Shown here in pieces: positions 39,601-53,010 of a stretch of 64,000 nucleotides of DNA. The stretch's first letter is position 1, and each line of letters opens with the position of its first letter. Below the pieces are notes generated by a model. It ran no database searches and was not told the origin of the DNA. It saw nothing but the letters and a program-made list of their open reading frames with translations. Source of the stretch: Vicugna vicugna (lineage: Eukaryota); the NCBI GenBank assembly GCA_013265495.1, contig MU058423.1, forward strand, positions 5,314,745 through 5,378,744, read 5' to 3'. The translations under genes were made by a program, and so were the position numbers.

Positions 39601-40685
39601 GTAACTGTTTTCACAGAACAGATAATTCTAAAATTTATGTGGAAACACAGAAGGTCCCAAATAGCCAAAGCAATCTTGAGAAAAAAAACTTGAGTATCCT
39701 ACTCTCTTGTTTCAAACTATTCTACATACTTTTGTAATCAAAACAGCATGGTACTAATACAAGAACAAATACATAGATCAATGGAACAGAATAGATAACC
39801 CAGAAATAAACCCATACTTATATGGGTAACTAACCTACAACAAAGGAGGCAAGACTATATAATGTGGACAAGATAACCTCTTCTATAAATGGTGTTGGGA
39901 AAACTGGATAAGACGTGCAAAAAAAAAAAAAAAGGACCGCTTTCTTACACCATGTACAAAAATAAACTCAAAATAGATTAAAGAGTTAAACATAACTCCC
40001 AAAACTGTAAAACTCCTAGAGAAAATACAGGCGGAAGACTCTGTGACATCTGTCTTAGTAATATTTTGGGGGTATGCCTCCTCAGGCAAGCGGAAACAAA
40101 AGCAAAAATAAACAAATGGGATTGAAAATCTTTTGCATAGTGAAGGAAACCATCAACAAAATGACAAGGCAACCTACTAAATGGGAGAAGATATTTTCAA
40201 ATAATATCTCCCCTAAGGGGTTAATATTCAAAACATATACAGAACTAACACAACTCAATATCAAAAGAAACAACTCAATTAAAAAATGTGCGGAGGATCT
40301 GAGTAGACATTTTTCAAAGAAGACGTACAGATGGACAAAAGACACATGAAGAGATTCTCAATATCATAAGCATCATGGAAATGCAAATCAAAAGCACAGT
40401 AAGACACCACCTGACACCTACCAGAATGGCCTTCATCAAAAAGACAGACAATAACAAGTGTTGGCAAGGATGTGGAGAAAAGGGAACCACCATGCACTGT
40501 TGGTGGGAATGTAAATTGTTGCAGCCACTATGGAAAACAGTATGGAGGTTCCTCAAAAAGTTAAAAATAGAACTACCATATGATTCAGCAATTCCTCTTC
40601 TGGGTATTTACACTAAGATAACAACAACACTAATTTGAAATGATATATGCTCCCCTGTGTTCATTGCAGCATTTTTACAGTGCAT
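36678..40685 (+). mobile_element. LINE-1 with 5' UTR, partial ORF1 and disrupted ORF2, internally deleted and lacking the 3' UTR/polyA
   Basis: 5' start GGGGAACAAGATGGCAGAGTAG and GC-rich 5' UTR. ORF1 coiled-coil remnant at about 37680-38005. ORF2p peptides [24 protein letters not shown] and C-terminal [25 protein letters not shown]. Confidence 0.95.
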
Positions 40686-40686
40686 G

Positions 40687-40760
40687 ATATCTGTGTCTAT
40701 ACATCAATATCTATATCTGTATCTATGACTATATCTATATCTACGCCTGTGTCTATATTT
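40687..40760. repeat. Degenerate (TATATC)n simple repeat
   Basis: Visible directly at the truncated L1 3' boundary. Confidence 0.75.
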
Positions 40761-41814
40761 ATAAATAGTCATCTTTTATAAAATAATAGCCGAATGTAGT
40801 ACCCTTTTCCCACAAACATGCTAAAAACCATTGAATGAATGTCTAAGATTACTTCCTATAGCAGTATGCAATTATAGAACTAATTTAATTGTTAAGTTTG
40901 AAAAATATGACACAAATGATTGGAGTAGTTTGATACTTAATTGAATTATTAAGCTTATTTTACCAGTTCTGCTTGAAATCAGGATTTATTCATAGTTAAG
41001 TTAACTGCTAAGGATCCCATTTGATATTTGAACATTGCCCGGATATCCAGCATTCTGCTTACTGTTTTTGAAGGTAAGTTCTCACCTCTAAGCAAAGTTG
41101 CAGTTTAACTCTGACTTTATTGAAACAAAGAAGAAAAAATACACACACATATATAATCTCCAATACTTATTTCTGGAGAGAGATCTAAATTCTCTGTTCT
41201 TTCTTTGTGAGTGTTGTAGAACATACGTAAAATATATATGTAACTGATTGCTTTATTTTATCATTTGGCATGCTTAAACATCTTTGATTTTCTAATATAT
41301 GTATTCTGAGCATGATTTAATATTAACGGATTTTTTAATTTTTTAATTTATATATTATGTGAGAGTGCTGAGAATCACACAGTAGAATTAAAGGAAAAAA
41401 ACTTAGCTAAGAAAAATAGCAGTAGATGTAAAGAGTCTGAAGGAGGCAGGCATTTTTAAATGATGAAAATTCAGGGATTCTCCATGAACAAAGCTAGGAA
41501 AAGATCATTGTTTTGATTCAAAGAAGCATATACATGCTTGGTTGGGGACAGATAATGTTCTTTGTCTATGTTCAAATGTGTCGTGGTATTTTACCTCATG
41601 TACCTGGATTCAGTGGGAAATTAGAGGTTGGCTGTGAATTGTGTAAAATGATGTCAATACATTTAAATTTTAAAAATTAAATTAAAAAAAAACACCTTAT
41701 TGAGGAAAAATACCACTACTCAAATTGATTATTTTTCATTGTGCATAGAAGTCTTGAGATAATTAGCTGAAATTCCCAGGTGAACAATATACTTCACCAT
41801 TGTGAAGGCATCAC

Positions 41815-42025
41815 CAGTGTAAGTAAAACATTGACTGGGTAAGTCAGTCTCTCATATGAACACTGGACTTTCCAATTCTGGCGCTTACAAGTGACTTTTA
41901 CTAAGTTGTTTAAGTTCTCTCATACTCAGTTACCTCATTTTTAGAATATTTAAATCAAAGAGTTGTAAGTTTAAAATGAAGTAAATTGATTTCAAGTGGA
42001 CTTGGAATCTACCACATAGTAGAAA
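41815..42025 (+). mobile_element. MIR remnant
   Basis: GTGACTTTTACTAAGTTGTTTAAGTTCTCTCATACTCAGTTACCTCATTTTT resembles the MIR core. Confidence 0.65.
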
Positions 42026-42527
42026 CTTCCTCTTCCCTCTCCAGTCTAAGGCCTGTTAGTCAAACATGTGATTAGACTGAATCACATTCCTATGTCTTTT
42101 ATATTTTACTGCCTATGCCAGTGGAGAGCATCATGGTGTTGAAGGAATCCAAACAAGCAATACAGAATAGAAAACAATCGAATTTAATGCTGGGATTTGA
42201 GTAAATTAAATGCATTTTATATGATTAATATAGTACATCAAATATCTTGTTGTGTTTAACATAAAAAAGTTCTAAAGGCTATAAGCATACACACATTTTT
42301 TAAAGTTCTATGTTGAGAATTATGTAAGTTAAATTTACAAAATGGAGGAATCATTCAGTAACAATTCAAAATTAATTAGGGAGTATATATTATGTGTCAG
42401 GGACAGGACTGAGATGTCAGAGATATAATAACAAATCATTATGCTTATGCCATTACATGGCAAGGGATGCTATCGTAAATTGAAAGGAAATTACATTGCT
42501 ATGTGTGCAGGGAACTGTTGCACAGGG

Positions 42528-42725
42528 CAGGGCTGTCACTAGCCCATACGTTATGCCCTTGTGTAAGTGAGAAAAGGGTACCTCGTCCTCCATGCAGACT
42601 CACTCCTGAGCCAAGGAGTAAGGCTTGATGAGCTGGGTGCCAGCTGGATTTTACCTCTTGTTTATCCCCTTTGTCCTGGTTCTCTGTACATTATATACAA
42701 AATGCAACAGAGCTTTGTGGCCCTG
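42528..42725. mobile_element. MER91-like hAT-Tip100 MITE
   Basis: Terminal inverted repeats CAGGGC...GCCCTG. Internal CTAGCCCAT..TTGTGTAAGTGAGAAAAGG resembles recalled MER91. Confidence 0.6.
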
Positions 42726-43549
42726 CATTGGGGATTGTAACCCAGTTTTATTTTGATGATAGCTTTAAAGATTTTTTTCACTGTTCTAACCAGCAAATTG
42801 GTGGATGGAAAGTTCAAACTGTGGATACAGGCAGTGAGGAAAACACTGCAGAAGGAATGAGAGCAGGCATGGTAGAGCTGTCACCCTGCACTCTGTTTGG
42901 TGCTGCTTCCCCCCTCTGATAGGGGCATGGGGTTTCCTATCAGCCTAAGTCCAGGAAATCTGTGATTCAAGCAAGTGATTCGCCTTCCATATTGTGGTTC
43001 TTGCCTGAGTTCACTCATTGCCTGATGATTCACGTACTGTCCACATCTCATTCCCTAAATGTATGCTTTTCAAATTTTTTTTTAACCTGACTAATCTTTT
43101 CTCAAAATATTTAATAAGAATTTCCCAATAAAGTAAATGAGGAGCAGCTAGCCCACAGTCCCACCTGTTTGTTGATCTGCTCCCCTGCCCCCAGGTCCCT
43201 CTGGGACATCACCAGGGCGTCTCAGACTGAAATACGCTGCTGCAGAGCTGTCAGGATTCTCCTATTTGTTCCGAAAAAGATCCACCTATCTCCCATTTCT
43301 CTGACTCTGATTTTCTCTTGGGAGATCTAAAAATACATATTTAAATACAAGGATTAGTGGTTTCTCCCTGCCTATGCATTTGCTTTTTAAAAGCTTACAA
43401 TGCCTTAACCTAAAAGAGTAAATCAAGTGCTGTGGGGAAAAAAATCACTATATAGCTTTTCATTATATAGCTTTTCATGAGGAGCTAATTCTGATCCTAT
43501 TAAAAGTGATTTTCCTTAATCTGTCCCAAGGATGTTGGTAAAATGCTCA

Positions 43550-43700
43550 GGGCCTGTGATCAAGTTAGTAAATATCTCCAAGTCTGAATCTCCTTATGTA
43601 CAAGTGGATTTAATCTTGTCTGCCTATCCATCAGGACTGTCATAGAGCGCTCACAGTCCATGTAAGAGGTCTAGTGCAGGACTCTCAGGAAAGAGTATAA
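43550..43700 (+). mobile_element. MIR remnant
   Basis: Degenerate core CTGTGATCAAGTTAGTAAATATCTCCAAGTCTGAATCTCCTTATGTACAAGTGG. Confidence 0.45.
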
Positions 43701-44160
43701 TAATTACTGTGGGGTAGTGACAAGAATGGATTCATTATGTGTCCTTTCCATCGGAGTTCAGAAATTTCCTCATGAGCTAAAAGCACATGCATTGGATAGG
43801 AAACTTGTGGAGAGAAGTCAAGATACCTGTTGACTCCAAGACTGCCATTTACCCAAGATCCATGAAGTCTTCTAATTAGGAAAACATTTTGTTCTCTCCT
43901 AAGACAGCTCTGCTTAGAGGAGGCTTAAGAAAACAGTGATGTGGACAGATAGTTTTACAAATAGTTAGGCAGGCAAAAAGGAATACATTAAGAAACTACA
44001 TGTAGTAGAAGGTGACTTCCAAAATACATGGCCCTCTCAGAAAACTGTGCTTTTTGCCAGGCAGTGTAATCCTATGGAAAGTAAAACTACCTTCAGGAAT
44101 ACAAGAATAAGCAATACTTCGGAAATAAGAAGAAACATTAATCACTACTATCCCTTTTCT

Positions 44161-44241
44161 CTAACCACATAATATGTTTCTCTAACAAATAATATATTTC
44201 CTAACAAATAATATGTTTCCCTAACAAATAATATGTTTCCC
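44161..44241. repeat. Minisatellite, 4 copies of about 20 bp (CTAACAAATAATATGTTTCC)
   Basis: Head-to-tail copies at 44161, 44182, 44201 and 44221. Confidence 0.95.
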
Positions 44242-44959
44242 AAAGTTCAGGTAAATTTTTTTGAATACAGTAATCCATTACAAAGCAAAAAGAGATGTGA
44301 ATATTCTATGCATCTTTCTGGATTCAGTAGGAACCAGTAGGTATTCTATAACTTAAGTTTGGAAAGTTTTTATTTTCATTGCCATTATAATGCTGACAAT
44401 CAAAATTCACTTCTGGGAATGACTGAACTACTTTGCAGTAGTGTAAGTATTACTTTTCAGGAAGTACAAGTTTTGTACATTTGATTTTTTTAATTTCTCT
44501 GAACAGGAAATGAGCCACTATTTCAATTTCCATTGGAATGTTAGCAAGGAAATCCTGAGTATGTTAAGCAAAATATTCTTTTTGTTCATTTTGACTGCCT
44601 TGTCTTTACATGCAACTAATTGAACATGTAGACTGATTTCCACTTTCCTGAATCAGAAAATAAAATACTTTGTTTGTTAACCTATTAACCCTTATTTATT
44701 TAGTTGGTACTCTGCAGAGTTTTATCAGTGCAATGTTCTTTTGGTTGTGGATAGGTGTATACTAGTAAATTGAAGGACAAAGGTATTTGCAAAGAGATAT
44801 TCCAAGAGAAGTTTATGAGTAGGCAGCAATTTGAGTCAGCTGGTTAATCGGGAAGCAGGTAAATGAGGTATAATAAAAACAGAGCTGGAGTTAAGAGGCT
44901 AACTCCTCTAGTGGTTTTACCATTGACTAAGCTCAAATAGTCTCCTTTTGATATTTCCA

Positions 44960-45038
44960 TATGTTACACCTTCTATAGTTGTCCCACAGTTCTTAGATAT
45001 TCTACTCTGTTTTCTTTTTCTTTGGTTTTTTTTTTCAG

Positions 45039-45071
<33 letters not shown>

Positions 45072-46232
45072 GGATGCTTTTAGTTTGGGAGGTTTCTTTT
45101 GAAATATTCTCAAGTGCAGAGATTCTTTCCTCAGCTGTGTCTAGTCTGCTAAGAAGCCCATCAAAGACATTCTTTGCTTCTGCAACAGTATTCTTGACCT
45201 CCTCCTCCTCTAACCTTTCTTTTTGATTCTTTATAAGAATTTCCATCTCTCTGCTTACATGATTTGTCTGCCCTTGTTGGTGGTCTGGTTTATCCATTAC
45301 AGCATGTGAATCATAGTTGTTCTGAATTCCTGGACTGATCATTTCAATATTGCTGCCATCTATATCTGACTCTGGTTCTGATGCTTGCTCTTCTCTGTTT
45401 TTTGTTTGTTTGTTTGTTTTTGCCTTTTAATGTGTCTTGTCATTTTTTCTTTATAGCCGGACATGATGTACTTATAAAAGGGACTGCTGAAGATAGACCT
45501 TTAGTAATGTGGTGGGGAGGTGTGGGGGAGAGAAGCGTTTTATAGTCCTGTGAGTAGGTGTCAGTCTCCTAGTGAGCCTGCCCTCTGGTCTGTGAACGTC
45601 ACCTGTGCTTCTCTGTTCCATACCCCCCCACCCCAGTTAAGGTGGGATTGGATGATCAGAGGAGGCTGGAGTTGGGTTTCTCTTGCTTCTCGGGGAAGGC
45701 TGGGTCCCGCTGAAATTGGGTGTTGCCCTCTCCCCAGGCCAGCTGGCTCTGATAAAACCCCATCAGATTATGCTCTGGTTAACTAGTTTCTCCTGAGGGC
45801 AGCCCTTGTTAATGCAGAACAGAGCACTACTGCGCATTTCAAAGTGGTTCCTGTCCTCCTCTGCCTGCCAGAAGCAGAGGAGATTTTCCTCTGATATTCA
45901 CTGTGAGGACCCGTTTGAACTCCTGGAGGTAAAACTCACAAAAATGTGGAGGGCACCCCCTGTAACTGGGTCCCCCAGGAGTTTGACTTCAGTTGCAGTT
46001 CAGGGTTCTCCACAGTGGTTCCTGCAAGAGTGCAGCTCCTGAGTCTCTGCCCCGGTAAGTCGTGATTTTCTGTATTCACTCCATTTTAAGGGCAGCGGTT
46101 TGCCCTGTGAATTCACATCTCTTAAGGGTGTAAGAGGAGCTGTTGACTTGTCAGTTTGTTATGGTTTTTACTTGTTTTAGGACAGAGTGGTGACTTCCAA
46201 GCCTCTTACTTGCAGCACTGAAGACTGGAAGT
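44960..46232 (-). mobile_element. Old L1 (L1MC/L1MD-type) 5' UTR and ORF1 N-terminal fragment
   Basis: ORF 44917-45342 contains KNTVAEAKNVFDGLLSRLDTAEERISALE, the L1 ORF1p coiled coil. Long poly-T at about 45041-45070. Confidence 0.88.
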
Positions 46233-47013
46233 CCAAATACTCTGGTGGTCTCAATTGCCTCACCAGTGAAATCGAGAATGAACTTGTTTTCACACTCTGA
46301 TTCAGTTCGATGGAGATGGGAAGCTGTTCTTAAAAATTTACACCATTGGTGATTGGTGTACAGTGTTTTCCTCTCCTATCCAAGAATTACTCAAACCTTG
46401 CTCCACAGTTGCTCAAAAGTTCCAGCTTCACTTTCAATACAAAGTATTTGTTTCTACAGTAATTATTCTATATTTATAGACAGCCAATTTTTGCTTATCT
46501 CTTAAACCAGAGAAGTTTGCAGTTCTGTTGTGTACATTTATTTAACTTCTTCCGTAGCTCTGTGGAGCTAGATGAAAAAAAATAGTAACAACTTAACATA
46601 CATTTAGCACTTCACAAAGTACTGGGTGCTTACTATGCGCTAGGAATGACAGAAATAATGGACTGACCCAATGCGTTTGGCAAACAATTTTTTTTAACCA
46701 TATACTTCCTTGAGTTACCCATAATGTTCAGATAATTTAAATGCAATTTTTACATCAAATCTTATGTGAACGATAATCTTGGAATGTAGCTATATATTGA
46801 TTAGGAAAAGCTCAGCAGTGTAGGTAATTTTTTTTTTAAGTTAAACCTACATGGAGTTTATAATGAGAGATCCTTTCACCTGCCAATATACACTTTTATT
46901 CAGTAAATACACTTTTATTCAGTAAAACCATTCCTTATTAAAAAAATATGCTAAAATATGTAGTCTGAAACACCGTCTATATATTTTCATCGTCCTTCAT
47001 ACGTTGCAAACAT

Positions 47014-47851
47014 TGTTACCGAATTAGGTCGTACGGACCCCCACTTTGGCCCTAGTTCTGCCGAGCCCCTGCCTTGGCAGGGAAGGCTGGTTTTCTGTTG
47101 GGTTCGCACAGCCAAAAACGAAACCCAGGCTAAGACTGAAAGAACACAAGCTTTCAAGCGTTATTCTGTGGCCACAGAGTGGAGAAGCGGAACTTACTTC
47201 ACAAATTAACTTCTCGCCTTAACGGAGAGAGGGATTTGCTTTTAAGAAGTAAGGACATATGTGTCATCTTTTTAGATTCCACATATAAGTGATATCATAT
47301 GATATTTGTATAGCACAACTTGTAATGACCTATAGTGAAAAAGAATATGAGAAAGAATATATGTATATACGTATAACTGAATCACTATGCTGTATACTGG
47401 AAACTAGCAACAACATTGTAAATCAACTATACTTCAATAAAATAAAATTAAAAAATTAAAAAGGGATTTAAAAAAAAGGAAGGACAGTGAGGAGTGGAGT
47501 GAGACTAATAATGAGGAGGCATATGTATTAGTTTTCTGGGAAAGAGGCATGTCTTGGCTGGAAATGGGTTGCCTTCCCCTTTCTGTTCTTTTTTGGTCTG
47601 TGACTTCCAGTCTTGGCTGAAGGTAGGTGTGTCATCTGGTACCTAATGCAGTAGAGTCAGTGAGACTCAGGGTCTGTGAGAGGTCAGATTCATCACCAGC
47701 TTGGCTTCAGCTGGTTCTAATCAGCTTTTGTTTTTCCTATAGCATCCTTTCTTTGTGTCCAGGTCCTGTGACTTAAAAACACATGCTAGCTCTTGTCCAG
47801 GGGAGGGGTTGGTGGGTTTTGAGCAAGAGTCTGATGGTAACTCTCGTAACA
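47014..47851 (-). mobile_element. Solo LTR (ERV1-like) carrying an L1 insertion
   Basis: Perfect inverted termini TGTTAC...GTAACA and CpG-retaining sequence. Strand inferred from an antisense polyA-like TTATT near 47161. Confidence 0.7.
47258..47472 (+). mobile_element. Short L1 3' insertion with 5' inversion
   Basis: 47258-47306 is antisense L1 and 47307 onward is sense L1 3' end plus A tail. TSD AAGAAGTAAGGACA / AAAAAGGAAGGACA. Confidence 0.85.
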
Positions 47852-50699
47852 ATTATTAACTAAGTTTCTCAACACATTCCCCTTATTGCTTATCATACGT
47901 TGCCTTATATTTCTGTGCTCTCCTGATTACAGAAGATTATTTTAAAACATGTATGAGTGTATGCTTCTCCTGTTGTCTCCGCAGCTATGAGCTAGCAACA
48001 CATGCTTGTGTGCCTGCAATATCGGGGCGGCTGCCATGGAAGTGAAATTCTTTAACCATTATTAATGAATTTTGTTAAGCCTCACAATTTATGGTTTAAT
48101 GATGCTTCTTTCCCGCAAGAGATTTCTATAGTGCAAATATAGAGGTAAAATCATTTATTTTCAATGAGATAGACTGACTTTACAGGTTAATGTGCTTTGA
48201 TTCCAAAGGTAAACTCTATCATTTTAGTCAATTAACTTTTTGTCCTCTGTTCACAGTCCAGAAATAATAAGTTGCTTTGTCACTTTATCCAATCTGAGAA
48301 TTTCTCTGAAGTTGTAATTACTGCAGTGAGAATTTTAGATTTACTGCACTTTACCTGTCTCGAAGAGGCAACATGGTATCCAGTACAAGTGGAATTTTCT
48401 GTAATGGATTTTACCAGGTGGTCACGACCTTTTTAAAGTAATAGAACTAAGGTCTTAGTGTTCATCTGATACAAATAACTACACTGAAAGGAAAAGGAGA
48501 TTTGATTAATACTCTTACAAATGCAGCAAGATTGTGCTTTTACTGTAAATGCAAAAGCTAAAGATGGAGTCTGAATGTGCAGTTGTAATGAGAATTTAGC
48601 ACATACCCTATTTCAGGCATTTCACACCTGTTTCAATTGATTCTTAACTGGTTTATTGCCGCTAAAATTCATCATAAATCACATAGACGTATTAATTATT
48701 TGAAATTATTGCTACGCATCTGGAAGATCAGATTTGAAAGCTTTCACTGGGGGTCCAAGCTCCTGCTCTTGGCATTCATGAATAAAAACCTGTTATGCAG
48801 ACTCTCTAAACTTTTCTCCTGTGGTCTTCCCAAAGTGACCTACTCTGTCATTTAGCTCACTGGAAATGTCAGCTGCATCCCTCTCTAGTTACTAAAATAC
48901 TACCCTTCCTTCGAAATCCAGCGTAAGTTCACCCTGTCCTCTACAATTCTTTACTGGAGACCTCAGACCACACTAAACTCCAATATTATTTCTCATCTTG
49001 ATCAATCATTTGTCATTTATTTTATACATCCTTGGATCCTTAGGATGCAGCAAAGGCTACATACACTTGTCAGGAATCCCAAGTCTATTGTTAATGATTC
49101 CAGTGGGAAAAATAAACCATGATATTAAAAAATGCACTGTACAGTAGAATAAATGGCATTTAAAGTTTTTGTCTCTCACTTAAAACTTGAAACTGACTTT
49201 GAAACTGATTTTTCTACAATAATGACATTATTACAAAATGATAACCTTTAGTGAAGCTAGAACTTAATTCAAATAGGAAAATCATTAGTGTTTACTGAGG
49301 AGGAGTACAGAGAGAGCTATAGAGCAGCAAAAACAAAATGATGACTTGAGTCCCTGTTAGTCCAGTAGTTAACATAAACACTTTCAAAGAGACCCAGAGA
49401 ACGGTGTTTCCTGAACATAATGAAAACTCCAAGCCAAAATAGGTAAGTAGTTAAAAGCATAATATGCATAGCAGAGCTATCAGCTATTTTAAGAAATAGA
49501 ATAGTCCAGTTACAGCTGTGCTGCTCTTCACTTTCTTCTCAGTCATAATATGTAACATAGCCTTTACTAAAAAAAAAAGATGAAAAAACCCATTGGTCTT
49601 GCAAAATAATTATTTTCATATCAATAACACTAATTATTAACTCAGTGCAATTTTTAAAATCTTAAATTTTAGAGTGTTAAATACCAAATTTGCTTAGAAA
49701 TAGCCAAAATGATGTTAATAGAAACCATATTAATAAAAAATAATATAACGAAAATGTATATTTCATTATAAAATTTTAAATTTACCTCAAAGTATTTTTG
49801 AACGATATTTGAAAATATTCAAGAGATAGTTACTAAATGTTAACTGCTTTTCTGTGAAGTATATGAAAAACAATAATATCCATCTCATAAAGTTCACATA
49901 TCCATCTCATAAAGTTATAAAGATGAACATAATATTTTTATGCAGTTACATTACCTTAGGGATTATGAGGAGTATAATTGAGCTTCAAAGGAATGTGGTC
50001 AAGAGCAGTCATGAAGAATCATAAACTGTAACCCATTTAGATCTTAGGAGAGCATTCCAGTTTACAGGAATAGTTTAATCAAAATTAGAGAGGCCAAAGC
50101 AAACATATAATGTGATCAAGATATAAAAAACTATGGGTAATAATTGGTATAATTAGGGAAAAGCCCCAAAAGAAAGATTGTTAGCATCCAGGGAGCAGTA
50201 TTTTAACATATTTAAATAGTGGAGAACTACTGTAGGTTGTGAACACAAGGCATTGAAGAAAGCATCTTCTAAAAATCTTAGATAGACAAGCAAATGTGAA
50301 TTACGTTAAAATGGAGAGGAAATCCCCACAACAATGAGATATCAAGGAAAATAATACAAGATGGAAATGTTGAGGACTGGGACAGTAGCAGTAAGTTGAA
50401 TAAAGTATTCTAAGAATAAAAATATTTCAAATAATAAAATTGGTGACAGTTGAATATAGAAAAGTAAAGAAAAAGTGAAGAAAAAAAGAGTAATTACCTG
50501 AAAGTCAAAAAGTGGAGAAAAAGAGTAATTATCTGAAAGTCAAAAGATTTACTGTAAAAACTAAAATTTGTCCTTGGGAATTATTTTGTGGAACAAAAAT
50601 TTCCTATCAAGTGCAGGCATTAAGTTTGAAAGTTTGAAGTGACTATTGGACAGCCAATGAAAAGGACATAAAAGAAGTCTATTTTAATGATTGGAGTGC

Positions 50700-51480
50700 A
50701 TTTTAATGCAGTTTTACAAAAAACGTGAGAAAAAGCTATGTGAAACTGACTTGGAATGACTTTCAGGTGATACTCTTTAATGAAAAAAATAAAATAAAAA
50801 CCCAAAGTGGAAAAGAACAGACATGGTATGTTTTCTGTAAGAAAAAAGTGAAAAACAGAAAATGGACATATCTGGTTATCATTACAAGAAGAAAGACCAG
50901 AGGGGCAAATCATAAAGCCACGAAGTTTCTGCATACAGGGAGTGGGGTAGGTATATGGTAAAGGGACACAAAAGGGAGTGATCAGATATTTCTCAAAGTA
51001 CACACCTTTTTATATAACTTGCACTTTTAAAGGCATAATATCCTACCCATAAAGTAAATTAAATCAGTAAAATTCAGGAAAGAGGGAAAAAACTTAGCTG
51101 AAAGCATACTGAGACAGATGAACCTAAATGTATTTCAAACGAATACCGTAACCACACTGGCAGAAAACAAGGAAGGAAGGGAGGGAGAAATGAGCAAAGA
51201 AAATAAGCAGAAAAGAAAGAACTTAGGCGAGTAACTTAAAAGCACATACCTGCTATTTGATTATATACCTGCGTTGAGGATTGGTGGGCTGTGGGGATTA
51301 TGGAACAAAATGGAAAGAAGTCCTGACATCTTTTTAGGAGATATTCTTATGGTAGTGGTGGTAAGTGGAGAATTAATTGTGAAGCCAATTGCAGTGAAAT
51401 ATAGAATTAATCAAATGAGTAAACGTGCTGTTGGTGGTGGCAGCTGGGATTCTCAGTTCTCAGAGTGGAAGAAAGAAGAG
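50700..51480 (+). mobile_element. L1MC-type 3' UTR remnant
   Basis: ATGAACCTAAATGTATTTCAAACGAATACCGTAACCACAC and ATCAAATGAGTAAACGTGCTGTTG..GGGATTCTCA. Confidence 0.6.
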
Positions 51481-51689
51481 TCGCCATCAGACATCTGCAG
51501 AGCAAAAGGGGTCACAAAATGCAGGTTCACAATTCTGGGTGTCCTTCTCCAGACCTTATATGGCCCAGTATTTTATCATTAGCTCTCCAATGATTTCAAA
51601 CAGATTCGTTTCTATTTAATCTAAGTTTTCTAGTCATTCTCTATGGGAAATTTTGAATTTGCCCAGTACTGGAAGGGAATCATCTGTAT

Positions 51690-51762
51690 TTAATTTGTTT
51701 ATGTTTATACACACACATACATCCTTTGAGTTCTCTTTCTCTGGAGAATCCTGACCAATACA
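51690..51762 (+). mobile_element. MLT2 LTR 3' end fragment
   Basis: TTCTCTTTCTCTGGAGAATCCTGACCAATACA. Confidence 0.7.
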
Positions 51763-52438
51763 TATTTATACAGTAGTACAATGAAAAAATGTTTGACAGT
51801 ACAGAATAGGCAAGTGTATCAGAGTTTCTACTTTATTTAGAAGCAAAACTGGAATAATCTATACTGTTGGAGTGCTCCATAACTCAGTTTTTATACTTTT
51901 GGTCTTTTCTATCCATACTTCTTTGGGTGATCATCCAGACTTATAGCTTGATACATTTGATAGTTGTCAGAAAATACGTCTTTAGCCCAGACATCTCCTT
52001 GAATTCCAGACATTATCTAACTGCCTGTCAACATTACAACATAGTGTGTGTGCATATTTGCATATATATATAAAACATGTTTGAAGTGCTATATATATAT
52101 ACACATAAAATGTATGTATATATGTGTGTGCATATATGTAAAACACTTCAAACATAGTATTTTTAATTGCTATACCTTTGGAAACATAGTGTGGAGCTAA
52201 TCTTGGTTTTTGCCTCCCTTGCATTCAGAGTTGCACCTGCATCTGGTTCAGTAGACTTCTTAGGCATCAGGAAAAGCACTGAGGAAGAGCAGAGAGGCTG
52301 TGGTACATTCTTGGATGGGACACTGGCAGTCAATGAAACTGTTCACTACAGTTGGCACTAAATTGGGCCAAATAGAGTTGGACCACAACCAACCACTGCT
52401 TTGTGCAAAGCCAAACTCATTTTTTCCCTAAAACCTGG

Positions 52439-52920
52439 TGTTTTAATTATTTATTCATACAAAAGAAATCACCCCAAAACTTAGCAGCTTAAAGCAGTAA
52501 ATATTGTCTCATACAGGAATGGCTCTAGAACAGGTTTTCTCATGAGTTTGCAGTCAAGATCTGACCTTGGGCCACCTTCATCTGAAGGCTGGACTAGAGC
52601 TGGAAGATTCATTTCCAAGAAGGCTCACTGACTTGCCTTGCCAGTTATCTCTTGTTGTGTGGCCTCTGTTCCTCCCACTATATACTTCTCCATAGAGCTT
52701 CATGACATGACATTTAGCTTCTGATGGTGTGAGAGTCTCCAGAGAGAAGGCAGGTGTCCCTAATGTCTTTTATAAATTAGCCTTGGGAGTAACACACTGT
52801 AATTTTCACAATATCCTATTAGTTACACAAGTCGGCCTTTCCTGACCTGGGAGGAGTTTACATATCACATGAGTATCAAGTCAGGGCTCACTGGGAAACA
52901 CCCTGGAGTTTGGCACCACA
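52439..52920 (-). mobile_element. MaLR LTR (MLT1H-like) inserted in an L2 fragment
   Basis: AAATCACCCCAAAACTTAGCAGCTTAAAG..TCATCTGAAGGCTGGACTAGAGCTGGAAGATTC..GGCACCACA. Confidence 0.8.
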
Positions 52921-53010
52921 TTTCTTTTAACTGCAGATTCCCCAGTCTCAGTGGCACTCAATCAGTCCTGTTGTTCAAACCAACAAATTTGGATGTATCT
53001 TTTACTACTT

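Noticed and set aside
44161..44241. Short repeated unit that could suggest a CRISPR array
   Set aside because: Copies are head-to-tail with no unique spacers, there are no cas genes, and the context is mammalian.
48036..48065. Strong Kozak GCTGCCATGG downstream of a good acceptor (CTCCGCAG, 47983)
   Set aside because: The ORF ends after 9 codons and there is no convincing donor.
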